Shown: positions 38,763 through 53,815, counted from the stretch's first letter. The stretch: DNA of 64,000 nt from Eledone cirrhosa (GCA_964016885.1 OZ024742.1:211420001-211484000), one strand, 5' to 3'. Notes: generated from the letters alone by a model not told the origin. Made by a program: numbers and translations.

Positions 38763-41708
38763 GTATATACGTATGTATGTATGTATGTATGTATGTATGT
38801 ATGTATGTATGTATGTATGTATGTATGTATGTATGTATGTATGTATGTGTGTGTATGTATGTATGTATGTATGTATGTATGTATGTATGTATGTATGTAT
38901 GTATGTGCTTCTGGTTTTATAGTTTCACAAATTTTTGCCAATAGAAGGAAAGTCGGTTTCTAAAATAGTTACAAGACTCTCTCATTGGAATGTACACATC
39001 AACCAGGTAGATATGTCTGCCTGTCTGCATGCATGCATGTGTGTGCAGGTATGGATATTATTGTATGTGTGGATGTGGATGTTTTGAGTTGTATGTGTGC
39101 ATGTGCATACGCTTTGTATATGTACATGTGTATATGCAGTTATTTGTAATTTCCTAACTAGTTGTGTTCTTTCTGTTTCTGTGAAGTCCAGCTTCTCAAG
39201 ATTTGTATTGAGGCAGTTACTAACATATCCCAGTGCCCCAATAATCACAGGCATAAATTTGAAGGTATAGTTAGGGTGGAGTATCTGCAGATTTCTCATT
39301 AGTTCTGCATAAATATTCTCCTTTTCGCTAATCTTTGATATTATATTGGCATCTGCTGGGCAGCTAACTTCCACTACTGTGCATGCCTTCTTTTCCCTGT
39401 CCCATATCATTATATCTGGTCTGTTATGCCTACATTTTATTGGAGTTTTGACTGGAACATTCCACCAGTACTCTTTCATATTATGTATATGTATGTTTTC
39501 CACATTGCTGTAGCTTTTAATGTGTTTGTTATCGGGGCTATATTTTCTACGGATTGCATCTAGATGTTTTGCCTGCATCCCTATCTCTTTTGTGAATCAG
39601 GTATTTCGTGTTGATTTCCTGTTCTTGGATTGCAAAAGCGTATCCTTCAAAGTGGGAGCCAATATAGCGGTTGTTGGTCCAAGATAGACTACTTTGTTTA
39701 TCTATATTACTCTCACTCTGGAACTTCCTGGCAACATATCCATGCATGCTTGATTTTTTGCTGATGCGCATGCAGTTTTTCATTCGCTGCGGTACTGCTG
39801 AGCAACTTCCCTGGATGTGAGTTTTTGATTATCACACAGGGAATATCTTTCAAGGAGTTTCTTCTCAACTCTCATGATCTTATCTGTCTCGTGCAGATAG
39901 ACTTGCTCGAGAGACGGTCTCCTATGCTTCGAGGTTCGTATATGTTGTCGGAGGGATATGATGCGACATTCAAATGCTGTCTGGACTGACGTTAGGCATC
40001 TGCCTCCCTGCTTACGTTTCAAGTAGAGGCGGTCTATATCACTGTTGATGTGGAAGTTTCCAGTGTTGTTTAGTATTTTTCGAGTCTAACATCAACTGCT
40101 CGGATTTCGTCTATCGTCTAATTGAGTATTCCAAATGTTAGGACAGGCACAGCAAATACATTATGAGCCACTGTTTTATTGTGCGCAGAGAGTTCTAATG
40201 ACCATATTTTTATCGGGTGTAATATTCCCTGGTTACGTGTTCCTTATTACAGAAACCGTTATAGGATATGTTCTCATCTATCCCCATGTATCTGTAGCAG
40301 TCCTCATCAGATATCGGTGAAACAGTTAGGTCATTGATGACAATGTCGTTAGATTGGGTTGTTATTTTTCCCCGTTTTACAGTCATATATGAACATTTAT
40401 CTTGGCCAAACTCCATTCCTATATCCTTTGAGAATGTTGTAACTAGGTCAATCTATGTTCATGGCATAGAGTTTCAGATCATCCACAAAGAAATTATGGG
40501 TTAGGTTCGTATTTCTGTCCTCCTGTGATAATGTATCCTTCACATTTCTTGAGCAGAAAGGACAAGGGGTTTAATGACAGGATAAATAGTATCACTGAGA
40601 GACTGTTTCCTTGAAATATACCCCTGTGATATTCTATTTCATCAGTGCAAATAGAGTCCTCCTTCTCTGTTTTTAACTTTAGGATAGTAGCCCAAGAAGA
40701 AGACAGCTCATCTATGGCTCTGATAATAATGTCTGGGACTTTCGCAAGTCGGAGGGCCTCTATCATCCAAGGGTGGGGAACAGAATCGAAAGCTTTCCTG
40801 TTGTCCAGCCAGACTGAAGCCATATTCCTCCTAAGTTGTCGTACCTCCGACATCGCAGTTTTGTTGATTAGGAGTTGTTCAGCACACCCCTAAATACCTT
40901 TCTTTCCAGCTGCTTGTTCATCTGTGATGATGTTATTATTTTCACAGTGATCTTGGAGGAATAGGTTCAGGCAGGCTGTATACATCTTATACATCAGGTT
41001 CTGGCATGCAATGGGTCGGTAGTTTTTTGCCAAGTGGGTGTCTTTGTTCTTGGGGACCAGTAATGTTTGTGCTAATGTCAACCATTCTGGTATAAGTGTA
41101 TCTCCCTTAAGAACTTGTTGGTAGAGGTCGGTAAGATACCTCTGTTAGAATATCATTTTTTTGTACCAGTAGCCGACAATCATGTCTCTTCCTGGTGTTT
41201 TTTTATCTTGGAGTTTTCCTATCACAGTCTCAAAGGTATCCTCATTTATTTCGTATATTTTTGTTGTAGTGTAGGAGCAATAGTTCTTTTGGATTTCTTT
41301 TAGCCACACTGCATCTTGGTTGAAATTCTTCTTTTCACCCCATATTTTTCTCCAAAAGGAATCTGTCTTTCTGGGATGGGGCCTCAGTGGCACTTATTAT
41401 TTTGCCCTTCATATCTCTATAGACTGAGGTTTGGTGTCGTCTGGATCTTTTATTAAGCACTTTTCTTTCATCTATCTTCTTCAGGTATCGGCGTTTCTCG
41501 CTGACAGGTCTCAAATCTTGTTTGAGGGTGATCAGCTTATATTGAAGATTTCTGGTTCTACTGTTACCAAACATCGTTTCTATTTTATTTTTCACTCTTT
41601 GTTGGTGAGGAGTGAGGTTTTTTGTTTTTGTTTGCATGTATGGAGCATTGTCTCATATCCTATGGTTTTTCGTAGGTCAGCAATCTTTTTTTCTATTTTA
41701 GTTATATA

Positions 41709-42790
<1,082 letters not shown>

Positions 42791-43504
42791 CTAGCAGAAA
42801 ACCACCCGGTGGGCGGTTTTCTGCTAGCAAATCTAGTGTATATACTGAAATTTTAATCATACCATTAGGTGTGAATAAGGAAATATTTTTTTATTGTCAA
42901 AACAAATATTCAAAAGTTAAACTTCAATTTTTTGAATTATTTCCAATTTTTTCATGAAATTGAACACTGGACATTGGCTGCTGGAAATGGAAATTAAATC
43001 GTATTTAATTGTATTTAAATTTCTAACCTTATTTTATTATTTATATTTTTTCAATAATAAATAAAAAAAAACAACAAAAATTGAAGAAAAAAATTGAACA
43101 AATCAAACGTAGGCTATGGAACTGCGCAATCTGATTAATAAATTACCTCATCAGCAGCAACCTTCTTCAAATGGTCCTTATTATCAGCAGCAACAACCAC
43201 AAATTCAATGGCAACCTTCTTCGCATGGTATCAAGTCAGAACCGCCTCGAACTGGTTACTTCTGGCTTGTGCAAGGTGTCTCTATAGCAACCAGCGATTC
43301 CCTCGGCCTCAGTGACCAAAGTCAGTGGAGAGGGGAAGATAATGTTTCTATAGCACGTGTTTTAGCGTCTATTCACTCTCTCTCTCTCCCTCTCTCCCCC
43401 TCTCGTAGTCTGTCACTTTCTTTCACTCTCACTCTCTCTCTACGCACGTGTTTCCACTGTCGGACAGACAGACAGAGAAATTGCTGGTTATATATCTAAG
43501 TAGA
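42791..43504 (-). mobile_element. Non-autonomous Helitron family B, copy 2
   Basis: Homologous to 28976-29963 with internal indels; same termini. Confidence 0.8.
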
Positions 43505-43769
43505 TGATGGTATTTTTGGTGGTGTTTTGTTCTTGTCAATATCTCTGCTACCACCAAGATAATGCTTCACTGTCGTTGCTAAGGCATATAAATAGGCGTA
43601 TGTATGTATGTATGTATGTACGTATGTATGTATGTATGTATGTGCGTATGTATGTATGTACGTATGTATGTATATGTATGTATGGCGAAGGGCGGAGGAA
43701 CTCAGCAGAGTCAACGGCCATCCAAATAGTAGTTTTTTGGGGTTTTGTTTTTTTCATCTGGGACTGAAA

Positions 43770-44345
43770 GTCCCCTCCCCCCTCAGTTGTTGTCACACCT
43801 TTCTAAGAGGGAAACTGGAAAAAAAAAACCTGCAGCTTCGGAAGTATCCGATGATGTTGACCAGTTTTCCTTTTCAGGTAGTATTTTCGATGCTCAGAGA
43901 GTGGGATTGGTCGAGTGCAAGGCCTTCCCCCACTTAAAAAACATTCAAAGCACAGGCATTGCTTATTCAGGATATATTACACTTTCGTGTGGCTGGTCGT
44001 AGCCTAAAAGTGTACCAAACTCTATAATCTGACAAGCAATTGCAATACTCTTGCCAGAGTTTGCAGCCATCATATATATGTGTATGTGCGTATGTATATG
44101 CGCGCGCGCGTGTGTGAGCGCGTTATTAACCCTCTGGAAGTGAGAAACCTTTAGTTCTTGTTAGGACATCATTCTAAAAAGAAAACTCTGGTGTAAAATC
44201 CGCGACTCGATCGTAGCCAATGATGTTGACCTGTTCTTCTTTTGGGACACCTGTCACGGCTGTTTAGAGAATGGGATTGGTGCAGTGCAAGGCTTTTCTT
44301 CACTTAAAAAAGCTTCAAGCGCGTGTATCACTTGATCTAAATGAC
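43770..44345 (+). mobile_element. Two diverged RTE-5'-UTR-like short elements
   Basis: 43770-44060 and 44140-44345 share GAAAACTCTG...GATGTTGAC...AGAG(A)TGGGATTGG...GTGCAAGGC with 54379-54600. Confidence 0.55.
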
Positions 44346-44507
44346 TTTCATGTGTGTTGTGTGAGTATGGCCTTTACTTTTTTCTTTCCCTGTGGGATGT
44401 GAAGAAAGGAATTTAAGTCCTTTGAAGGGCTAAAAGGTCGTGTTCGTGCTACCCATGTATCAGAAAAAAGTCAAGGGATGACAATTCTCGAAACCGAGAT
44501 GCAGCCA

Positions 44508-44538
<31 letters not shown>

Positions 44539-44572
44539 TGTATGTATGTATGTATGTATGTATGTATGTATG

Positions 44573-45900
44573 TGGTTAAGTTGAGTTCTGAGCAGAGTTC
44601 AAGCAACCTCAGGCGGCTGGTGTCCATGTTACCAATACCAAATGGACCAATGGCCCCCACGTCTCGTGATCACTACCCATACGAGCATTAAAATCACCGA
44701 GAAGTAATAATTTATAGTCAGCAGGTGTGCATGCAATGACAGCACGAATAGACTCATAAAAGGAATCAAGGACCACCTCACTGGTCTATAGGGTTGGTAC
44801 ATAAACAGATAAAACTGTTACATAACGGCCATGTTTCAGAGGAATACGAAGCTTCATAATGCAATCGGTTTTCACCAGTAGGACATTCTATACGATCAAG
44901 CAGGGGTGTTCTAATGGCGAAGCCAACACCGCCCTCTCTCCATTCAGCTGTGAGTTTACCTAGCCAAAATAGAGAGAAGCCCTATAATACTTCTGTTAAT
45001 TGATCTTCTCCTGCCAAACGTGTTTCAGATAAAGCTGCTATGTCTATGTTCAGTCTTCTGAGTTCTTGTCACAAGTGCAGTTCTACGCTCTGGATGTCCA
45101 GACGAGTTTCTGTCCAGGAGTGTCCGAACGTTCCAACAACAAATATTGAGTTTGACTCGATCTTTCGCGTATTTTTTGCATTTTGCTTTATTCTTATTCC
45201 TGTTCGAGTGAGGCAAAGTAAGCTCAGAACGCCTGTGTGAAGACTTGTGACTATGAGCTTCCAACTGGTCAGGTTTGCACATGTTACCATTCGTCTATTA
45301 CTGCAGTATTTCAGAAATGAGGTTCAAGGACAGCATCAAGAACAATCTCAAAGAGCTGGCATTTGATATAGACAACTGGGAGGAGATAGCTCTAAATAGA
45401 GCTGAGTGAAGAACGCGTATAAAAGGCATTTGCAAAACCTTTGAGGAATGTCGTCTTGAACATAAACATCTGAAGCGTCAACTAGGGAAGGACTGTGCTC
45501 ACAGTCTTGGTGAAGTCATCAATAGTTGGACATGTAATTTCTGTCAGCGTGTAGTCCTCTCAAAGGATGACTTTGTTAATCACCTGAAGTCACATGAAAG
45601 GATAACCACCTGCAATACCACTCAACAAAGACATGGCGAAACAACGTGCGTGATATGCAACAAAGTGTGTAGAACTAGTTCCGGACTAAAAAGACACATG
45701 GTAGCACATAAAGATTGTGTCTCACAGGGTGACACCAGCGGTCCTGTGGAAAGTACAACTCTCTTCTGTCATATGTGTCGTACACCATGCATATCTATAG
45801 CTGGCCTACAGAGTCATCTACGAAGTCATGGACGCAGATGGAATGATAACGAAGTATCAATAAGAGACGGCAATCGTCTGTGAAGACGCTGAAATCCTCA
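44573..45900. mobile_element. RTE LINE with inverted 5' (endonuclease) segment and forward 3' (zinc-finger) segment
   Basis: Minus 45300-44573: CWNVRTLLD, PERRTALV, GVGFAI, SVYVPT, LLGDFNAR. Plus 45315-45900: RFKDSIK, NWEEIALNR, three C2H2-like fingers. (TATG)n on both sides. Confidence 0.75.
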
Positions 45901-46038
45901 TGTATGTATGTACCTATGTACGTCCGTACGTATTTATGTATGTATGTATGTATGTATGTATGTATGTATGTATGTATGTATGTATGTATGTATGTATGTA
46001 TGTATGTATGTATGTATGTATGTATGTATGTTTGTATG

Positions 46039-46487
46039 TTCTCTGGTTTTATAATTTCACAAAGTTTTACCAATAGAGAGAGAGTCGGTTTCTAACATAG
46101 ACACAAGACTCTCTCATTGGAATTTACACAACATCAACTAGGTAGATTATGTATGCATGCATGTGTAGATATGGATGTTATTATATGTGTGGATGTGGAT
46201 GTTTTGAGTTGTATGTGTGCATGTGTGTATGCTTTCTATCTGTACATGTGTATATGCAGTTATTAGATGCAAAATTTTGGGAATGTTTTACATATTTTTA
46301 CTGTTCCATTAATGGATTGTACTTGTAATTTCCTAACTAGTTGTGTTCTTTCTGTTTCTGTGAAGCCCAGCTTCTCAAGATTTGTATTGAGGCAGTTACT
46401 AACATACCCCAGTGACCAATAATCACAGGCATAAATCTGAAGGTGTAATCAGAGTGGAGTATCTGCAGATTTCTCATCAGTTCTGCG
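46039..46487 (-). mobile_element. R4/Dong 3' fragment between (TATG)n tracts
   Basis: [25 protein letters not shown] plus a 3' UTR matching 38906-39310. Confidence 0.85.
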
Positions 46488-46571
46488 TATGTATGTATGT
46501 ATGTATGTATGTATGTATGTATGTATGTATGTATGTATGTATGTATGTATGTATGTATGTATGTATGTATG

Positions 46572-46598
<27 letters not shown>

Positions 46599-46602
<4 letters not shown>

Positions 46603-47795
46603 GAGACCTCTTGTATGCAGATGATTGCGATCTTGTAGCGCACACAGAGAGTGATATGCAGCACATTTTGAATGCATTTTCTGACGCTTGCACTGCCCTA
46701 GGTCTGACTGTCAGTCTCAAGAAAACTGTCGTCATGTACCAACCTGCCCCTGGTAAGCAGTACACTGAACCAAACATCTATGTGTATGGCAAACGACTTG
46801 GAGTGGTTGATCAGTTTGTCTACCTGGGAAGCACTGTCAATCGATACAGCAACCTTGACAGTGAAATCTCACTTAGGATTAGGAAAGCAAGTGATGCTTT
46901 CGGAAAGCTAGAAAGGCGACTCTGGGGTCGGCGAGACATATGCAGGAGGACAAAGGTAAAGGTGTACAGGGCATGTGTGCTCTCTTGTCTTCTTTATGCC
47001 TGCGAGACCTGAGTCACATATCGACACCACCTTAAGCAATTGGAGCGTTTCCATCAGATGTGTCTCAGACGGATCCATGGCGTTCACTGGAGGGACCACA
47101 TCAGTGATGTCGAGATTTTGGAAAGCTCTATGTGTGACAGTATAGAAGCTCTTGTGCTTAAGCAACGACTCCGTTGGAGTGGTCACCTTGCCAGGATGAA
47201 GGATTCTAGAATACCAAAACAACTCTTTTATGGAGAGTTGGTTAAAGGAAAACGACCGCCACATAAACCAAAAAAGAGGTATAAGGATTCCTTGAAAGCC
47301 TCTCTGAAAGACGCTAACATCTCTGCTGATACATGGGAGAATATTGCTGCTGATCGTAATAAATGGAGAAAGACTGTATATGAGGGAAAAGTTGCCTTTG
47401 AGGCATCTCGAATCGCATACGAGAAAGTAAAGCGGGATGTGAGGAAGGGCATTGCTGTTGCACTTCCAGACGGCGAGGGTCCTCCTATGGTGCTGACATG
47501 CAGCGTATGTGCGAGACTCTGCCTAAGCAAAGCTGGACTCGAAAGTCATCTTCGCAGTCATAAAGTAAGACCAGTGGTTGACTACCAGGCTGCTGTTGGA
47601 GATGCTACTCATCATGCTTGCCAAACATGTGGTAGAGAATGTAAATCAGCAGGAGGGCTCAAGCGACATGCAAAAGTACACGAACTCCAACCACAGCCGA
47701 CTATTCCCAGTGAATGTTTTGGTTGCCGACTCTGTGCAAGACATTTTAGATCATTGGCTGGGCTAAAAAGCCACATTCGATCGCAGCGCTGTTAG
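46599..47795 (+). pseudogene. RTE RT C-terminal half plus C2H2 zinc-finger array (one in-frame stop at 47010-47012)
   Basis: ORFs 46497-47012 and 47040-47795 are in the same frame; CSVC..HLRSH, CQTC..HAKVH, CRLC..HIRSQ. Confidence 0.85.
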
Positions 47796-48105
47796 TTGCT
47801 ATCGTGTGTGTGTGTGTGTGTGTGTGTAGATACACTTATGTGTGTGCGTGTGTGTGTATATATATATGTATATGTATATTATTATTGTTGTTGTCGTTAT
47901 TATTATTGTTGTTATTATTATTATTATTATTATTGTTATTAATGTATGTGTGTGTGGGTGTGTGGGTGTATATGTGTATGTATATGTATATATATATATT
48001 TCTTTTTTTTCTTCTTTTTTATTTATTATTATTGTTATTATTTTTTTTTTTTTTTTTTTTTCTCGTGCAATGGCCATACTCGATAACGAGGGGGCAGCCA
48101 TCATC
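46599..48105 (+). mobile_element. 5'-truncated RTE LINE with three C-terminal C2H2 fingers
   Basis: LLYADD, FVYLGS, LLYACET* (TGA where TGG is expected), LRWSGH, RIPKQLFYGEL, fingers at about 47495-47790, 3' stem-loop CTCG-ATAA-CGAG and (ATGT)n tail. Confidence 0.88.
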
Positions 48106-48127
48106 ATGTATGTATGTATGTATGTAT

Positions 48128-48292
48128 GGGCCTAGCACTATGTGTCAATAATTGTCACAGGTGTAGTGTTTGTACCAGAGTTTTCAAGTCACTGGCTGGA
48201 CTAAAAAGTCACACTCGTTCAGCGCATCGGTAGGGGTTCTCCTACATGGATATAAAGTAGTGGCCGTACTCGAAAACGAGTTGGCAGCCACC
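48128..48292 (+). mobile_element. Short non-autonomous RTE-tailed element, short form
   Basis: Matches 54201-54364 and 54621-54784; 3' GGCCGTACTCGAAAACGAGTTGGCAGCCACC(ATGT)n resembles the LINE end at 48070-48105. Confidence 0.75.
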
Positions 48293-48335
48293 ATGTATGT
48301 ATGTATGTATGTATGTATGTATGTATGTATGTATG

Positions 48336-48420
<85 letters not shown>

Positions 48421-48424
48421 CGCA

Positions 48425-48660
48425 AAAATGCGTGGTTTAGTAGTTAGAGCGTTCGGCTCACGGTTTTAAGGTCCTTAGATTGATTCTCGGTGGCACGTTG
48501 TGTTCTTGAGCAAAACATCTTATTTCATGTTATTTCAGTCAATGTATCTGAAAGAAATGACTTATACCTGTATTTCAAAGGAATTAGCTTCCTCACACAC
48601 TACGTTGTCACACTGAATCTCCCCGAAAACTATGTAATGGGTGCACGTATCTGTATGCAA
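48425..48660 (+). mobile_element. tRNA-derived SINE related to the family 2 head
   Basis: GCGTGGTTTAGTAGTTAG box A; TCTTGAGCAA...CTTATTTCATGTT core shared with the reverse complement of 30390-30420. Confidence 0.6.
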
Positions 48661-49000
48661 GATATTTTCTTCTTTTTTTTTTTTATTGTATTCTTCCTAT
48701 AAAGAAGGCGCTGGTTTCTAACAAATCTTATGTTTAAATAACATAAAATCTTCATGGGAAAGGATCCTTTTTACTGAGAATGTGTTTCCTTTCATTCTAT
48801 AAGCAGCTTGATAATATTGGTTCGTTATTGTAGCCGTTGTCACTAAACAAGTTTCCCACTAGAGTCATTAATATCGTCAATTATTTGGTGTTTAGATTCC
48901 TCGTATTTTGCATTTAGAATAATATTTTAGTGACTAAAAACGGATGGGCTTTTCGTTTGGTTTCACTTATAATATTGTATTTCTACTACATTTTCTCTGG

Positions 49001-49101
<101 letters not shown>

Positions 49102-49843
49102 CAAATGTGTGTGTTTGCGTATGCATGTGTGTGTGTGTGCCTGCTTGCATGTGGAACAAATGAACTACATTACGAATCAAGGTATATTTGTATTCTACAA
49201 AAAAGTATTAAGCTTGTATGTATGAGTCTGACAAAGCTGGGGTTTGTCAAACTCATACATACAAACAGACATACACACGCACACACATTATATACAAACT
49301 TGAACAATACGAAAAAGAACAAGATGGCGAGTGAAGTTAATTAATATGAACTGTACAAAAATATAATTAAAAATAATGTATTTTAAGGTTTCAGTTATAA
49401 ATCCGAATGTATACAGTGTATATTGTAAACATTCAGCAGCAATAACTCAATTCAGAAACCATATAAAATATCTTTCAACTATAGCGGATAGATTACTAAC
49501 CATAGTTTAAGAATATCGTACGCACACGTTAACATTGTTCGCACACGTCACCTATGGCGATGAAGAAATAAAAAATGATTGCACGTCTAATGTAAATTGT
49601 GTCTAAGAAATTAAAATGAGCAGTATATGAATTGATTAAAACAAATGTGGATTTGCATGTTTCTTTTATTATAAGTGTGTGAGAAATTGCAGTATCGATC
49701 CATCTATCGCTGTGCGTATGCACAAAGTTTCGATTCTCAACTATTATTTATAGTGAACGACTAGTATTATAGGAATTTGGTTTGAAACGCCACACACATT
49801 TTAAATTACAAATTTTCACAATGCTTCTGAAGTCAACGGTTTT

Positions 49844-50230
<387 letters not shown>

Positions 50231-50319
50231 ATATATATATATATATAAGCAAAGAGATATTTAATTTGTTGGTAATTCAACAAATTTATTTATAACAGAT
50301 TCGAAGCACTCAACAGTTT

Positions 50320-50790
50320 ACCTGGAGTATAATATCAATGTGCCCCTGGTCGAGAGGTAGGTGCCTTGTCTGGGACGTCACTGTTAGTGACTCTTTTGCT
50401 TCTTCCCACATCCTGGATTCTGCGGTTAGGACGAGAGCCACAGCTTCCGCAACCGAGCAGAGTAAGACCCTCAAATACTGTGATCTGTCGGCCATCTACG
50501 TTTCAGTCTGTGGCTTTCGAGACGTTTGGGGAAGTCGGGCCTCTGACTGCGAGGTTCTTCTCTTCAGTGGCGGCTCGCCTAATAGAGGTAACTGGCGAAT
50601 CTCGTGAGGGCGCTTGGTTGTTCCAGCGCATTAGCCTCGTCATCACCCGAGGCAACGCTGCGAGTGTGCTGGCTTGCCTCAAAAATCCTTAGAGAGGTTG
50701 CCCAGTACTCCTCGCGGTGCTGCTGTCTTTTGCTCTGACGTTGGCTCGGTTGTTCACCCCTTCCTTTACATTTTCTTTAATATTGCAACA
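50320..50790 (+). mobile_element. CRE-like non-LTR retrotransposon 3' fragment (RLE domain)
   Basis: PWSRGRCLVWDVTVSDSFA...EQSKTLKY (frameshift) FQSVAFETFG...LFQRISLVITRGNAASVL. Confidence 0.75.
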
Positions 50791-50976
50791 TTAAAGGAAT
50801 ATATCTTTCTGAAAGAATCGCGAGCAATTTATAATGTTGTCTAAGCATTTGTAATGTTATTTATGTATATATTTAAAACATATTTGTTGTTATTCTACTG
50901 TAACTCTATTTATAACGTTTATATATATATATATATATATATAATTATAAAATGTGGAGAAGGAGCACACGAGTTG

Positions 50977-51037
<61 letters not shown>

Positions 51038-51039
<2 letters not shown>

Positions 51040-51670
51040 AATAGGGAGAAAAAGATGATTATTAGGAAGGAAAATATTTTTTTCTCTTTTTTCTGGGTTA
51101 GAAAATGTTTAAAACAAAATATTTTACTTTGTCTGAAGTGTTAAGGTATTAGTTAATTTATTTATTAATTAACAATGGCATTTATTTATTTATTTATTTA
51201 TTTATATATTTAATAATTGTCTATTACCGGTTTCACCATTTTATGCATTATCAAAGGGGGGAATTTGTATTGGTATAAAATGTTGGAGAGAAGTTAAGGT
51301 GGCGTTGAACATGTTAAGGAAATGGGAAAGAAAGAATAATATTATTTACAAACAAGGTTTTTCTTTCCCATTTCCTTAACATATTCAACGCCACCTTAAC
51401 TTCTCTCCAACATTTTATACCAATACAAATTCCCCCCTTTGATAATGCATAAAATGCTGAAACCGGTAATAGACAATTATTAAATATATAAATAAATAAA
51501 TAAATAAATAAATAAATGCCATTGTTAATTAATAAATAAATTAACTAATACCTTAACACTTCACACAAAGTAAAATATTTTGTTTTAAACATTTTCTAAC
51601 CCAGAAAAAAAAAAAATAAAGGGAAAAAATAAATTTTTCTTCCTAATAATCGTCTTTTTCTCCCTATTTA
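51038..51670. repeat. ~300-bp inverted repeat pair (PLE pseudo-LTR-like)
   Basis: Arms 51038-51333 and 51360-51670 with a few substitutions; TTGATAA...GAAACCGGTA at 51439-51468; (TA)n flanks. Confidence 0.8.
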
Positions 51671-51713
51671 TATATATATATATATATAGAAAGATTCTGT
51701 AGTAAAATATATA

Positions 51714-51898
51714 TAGTAAAATTCCGTTATAACGAATACCATTATAACGAATTTTTCAGTATAACGAACTTTTATTCAATCCTCGAGGTAACAACAAATA
51801 AACGGTCGATTTGTTTCGGTCGATCTCGTAATAAAGAATTTTTCGTCATCTCGAATTTTTTTTTATACCCCGTGAATTTCGTTATAACGGAATTTCAC

Positions 51899-51900
<2 letters not shown>
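51714..51900. mobile_element. pogo/Tigger-type MITE
   Basis: (t)AGTAAAATTCCGTTATAACGAA ... TTCGTTATAACGGAATTTCACTG TIRs, with internal repeats of TATAACGAA. Confidence 0.75.
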
Positions 51901-51966
<66 letters not shown>

Positions 51967-52070
51967 AGGTTCGATCATTACATCGATCGTGCCTCGAGCT
52001 GGTCGCCAGAGAAACGATTGTAATATGTCTAAATTTTAATTCGTCGCACCACTGATTCTCCGTTTCTTAT

Positions 52071-52136
<66 letters not shown>

Positions 52137-52882
52137 TTGAAAAAAATGAAAACGAAATTTCATTTCTCACTCTTAGTATGGCACTTACTTAAATGTAAGT
52201 ATGTATGTATACGTACATACATATATGTATACAGACGTACAGTAGCATGCATATATATACATATATATATATATACATATATATACATATATATACATAT
52301 ATGCATACAGGTACACATACATATATGCACGCATCAGTTTAGCGGACCTTTATTACAACGCCGCTTTGTTCGTTTGTTTGTCAACAAACCGAACAGCCTG
52401 AATTTATGCCATACGGTGTTAAGGCAACCACGTCACCTTTTTGTTCAACACTGACACAGGAACGATGTACTAGTTTCAAGCTTGTTAGCTATCATCAGCA
52501 CCGTTTACCCATCTGCCAGATAGTTGAACGTTCGAAAGTATATACTTTCCTTATGAAAATTAACGGCTGAGCAGCCTAATTTGCATATTGAGTGAGTTAA
52601 ATCGGTCAGGCATACCGAAAACGATAAGTTGAAAAAAATGAAAACGAAATTTCATTTCTCACTCTTAGTATGGCTAAACTGATGCGTGCATATATGTATG
52701 TGTACCTGTATGCATATATGTATATATATGTATATATATGTATATATATATATATGTATATATATGCATGCTACTGTACGTCTGTATACATATATGTATG
52801 TACGTATACATACATACTTACATATATATATATATATATATATATATGGCAATATTACAACAATATGACCCTCCCCAAGTAT

Positions 52883-52935
<53 letters not shown>

Positions 52936-52938
<3 letters not shown>

Positions 52939-53815
52939 GATGTGGACGATATTTGTTCGCAATTTTCAACTGCTAATTTTATGCAAAATTTTTTTACTTC
53001 CTTTGTCACTCTTGTCTTCATAAAAACAGTGACTATATTTCCATTATTTATTTTCAGAATAATTGATTATGAATAATTTTGAACCGCCAAATTTGTGGAA
53101 GAGACACCGAGTTCTTCTTGGAATCCATGCCGAGAGGACAAATAAGGAAATTTCAAACTTTCTCAGCATCAGCAGGAGAATGGTGGAAAAGGTCAGAAAC
53201 GAATTGGAAGATTCAGGATTCGACTACGAAGCAACATCAGAGAGGAAAACACATGATCGACGATCTGACGCCTTCAGAACGCCTGAGTTCGTCGCTGAAG
53301 TTCAGGATATCATCAACAATGTACCTAGCAAGTCGATGCGTGCCATTGCAAGGGAGAAAGGCGTGAATGAAAAGCTCATTAGGCTGATGGTACATGAAGA
53401 CATTCGCTACGTTTCATACAAGATGAGGAAAGGACAATTTCTGTCAAAGGCGATGCAAGAAAAGCGACTGAAGCACGCAAAGAAGCTGATCAACAAGTTG
53501 AAACACCCACTGGAGCCAGATATGCTGTTGTTTTTCTCCGACGAGAAAAACTTCTGCCAAGACCAGAATATCAACTCCCAGAACAACAGGTGGCTCGCTG
53601 TCTCATCCAAAGATGTGTCCAGAGTCATGCAGACAAAGTTTCCAGCGACAACATTGGTCTTAGGTGTCGTCAGCAGTCGAGGTGACGTCATGCCACCTCA
53701 CTTCTTCCCCGAGGGCCTCAAGCTGAATACCGATGGCTACATCCGCGTTCTGAGCGAGGTAGTAAAGCCCTGGATCGACCAGGTAGCTGCAGGTAGGCCG
53801 TACGTGTGGCAGCAA
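52936..53815 (+). mobile_element. Tc1/mariner-superfamily DNA transposon (maT/DD37D-like), cut by the assembly gap
   Basis: TA|CAGGATGTGG terminus after (TA)n; transposase ORF follows; right end not assembled. Confidence 0.8.
53063..53815 (+). CDS. Transposase, N-terminal ~250 aa, uninterrupted up to the gap
   Basis: Two HTH-like blocks (EISNFLSISRRMV, SMRAIAREKGVNEKLI), FFSDEKNF, NSQNNRW, TKFPA..VLGVVS, PPHFF, YVWQQ just before the expected second Asp. Confidence 0.85.

Noticed and set aside
47040-47795. Host C2H2 zinc-finger gene
   Set aside because: In frame with RTE RT motifs and followed by a LINE tail; linkers are not TGEKP-type.
48128-48292. HDV-like ribozyme at the GGGCC boundary
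   Set aside because: I could not build a convincing nested double pseudoknot by eye; kept only as a hypothesis in the findings.
49320-49344. AAGATGGCG start or YY1-like motif
   Set aside because: The ORF stops after six codons and there is no other support.
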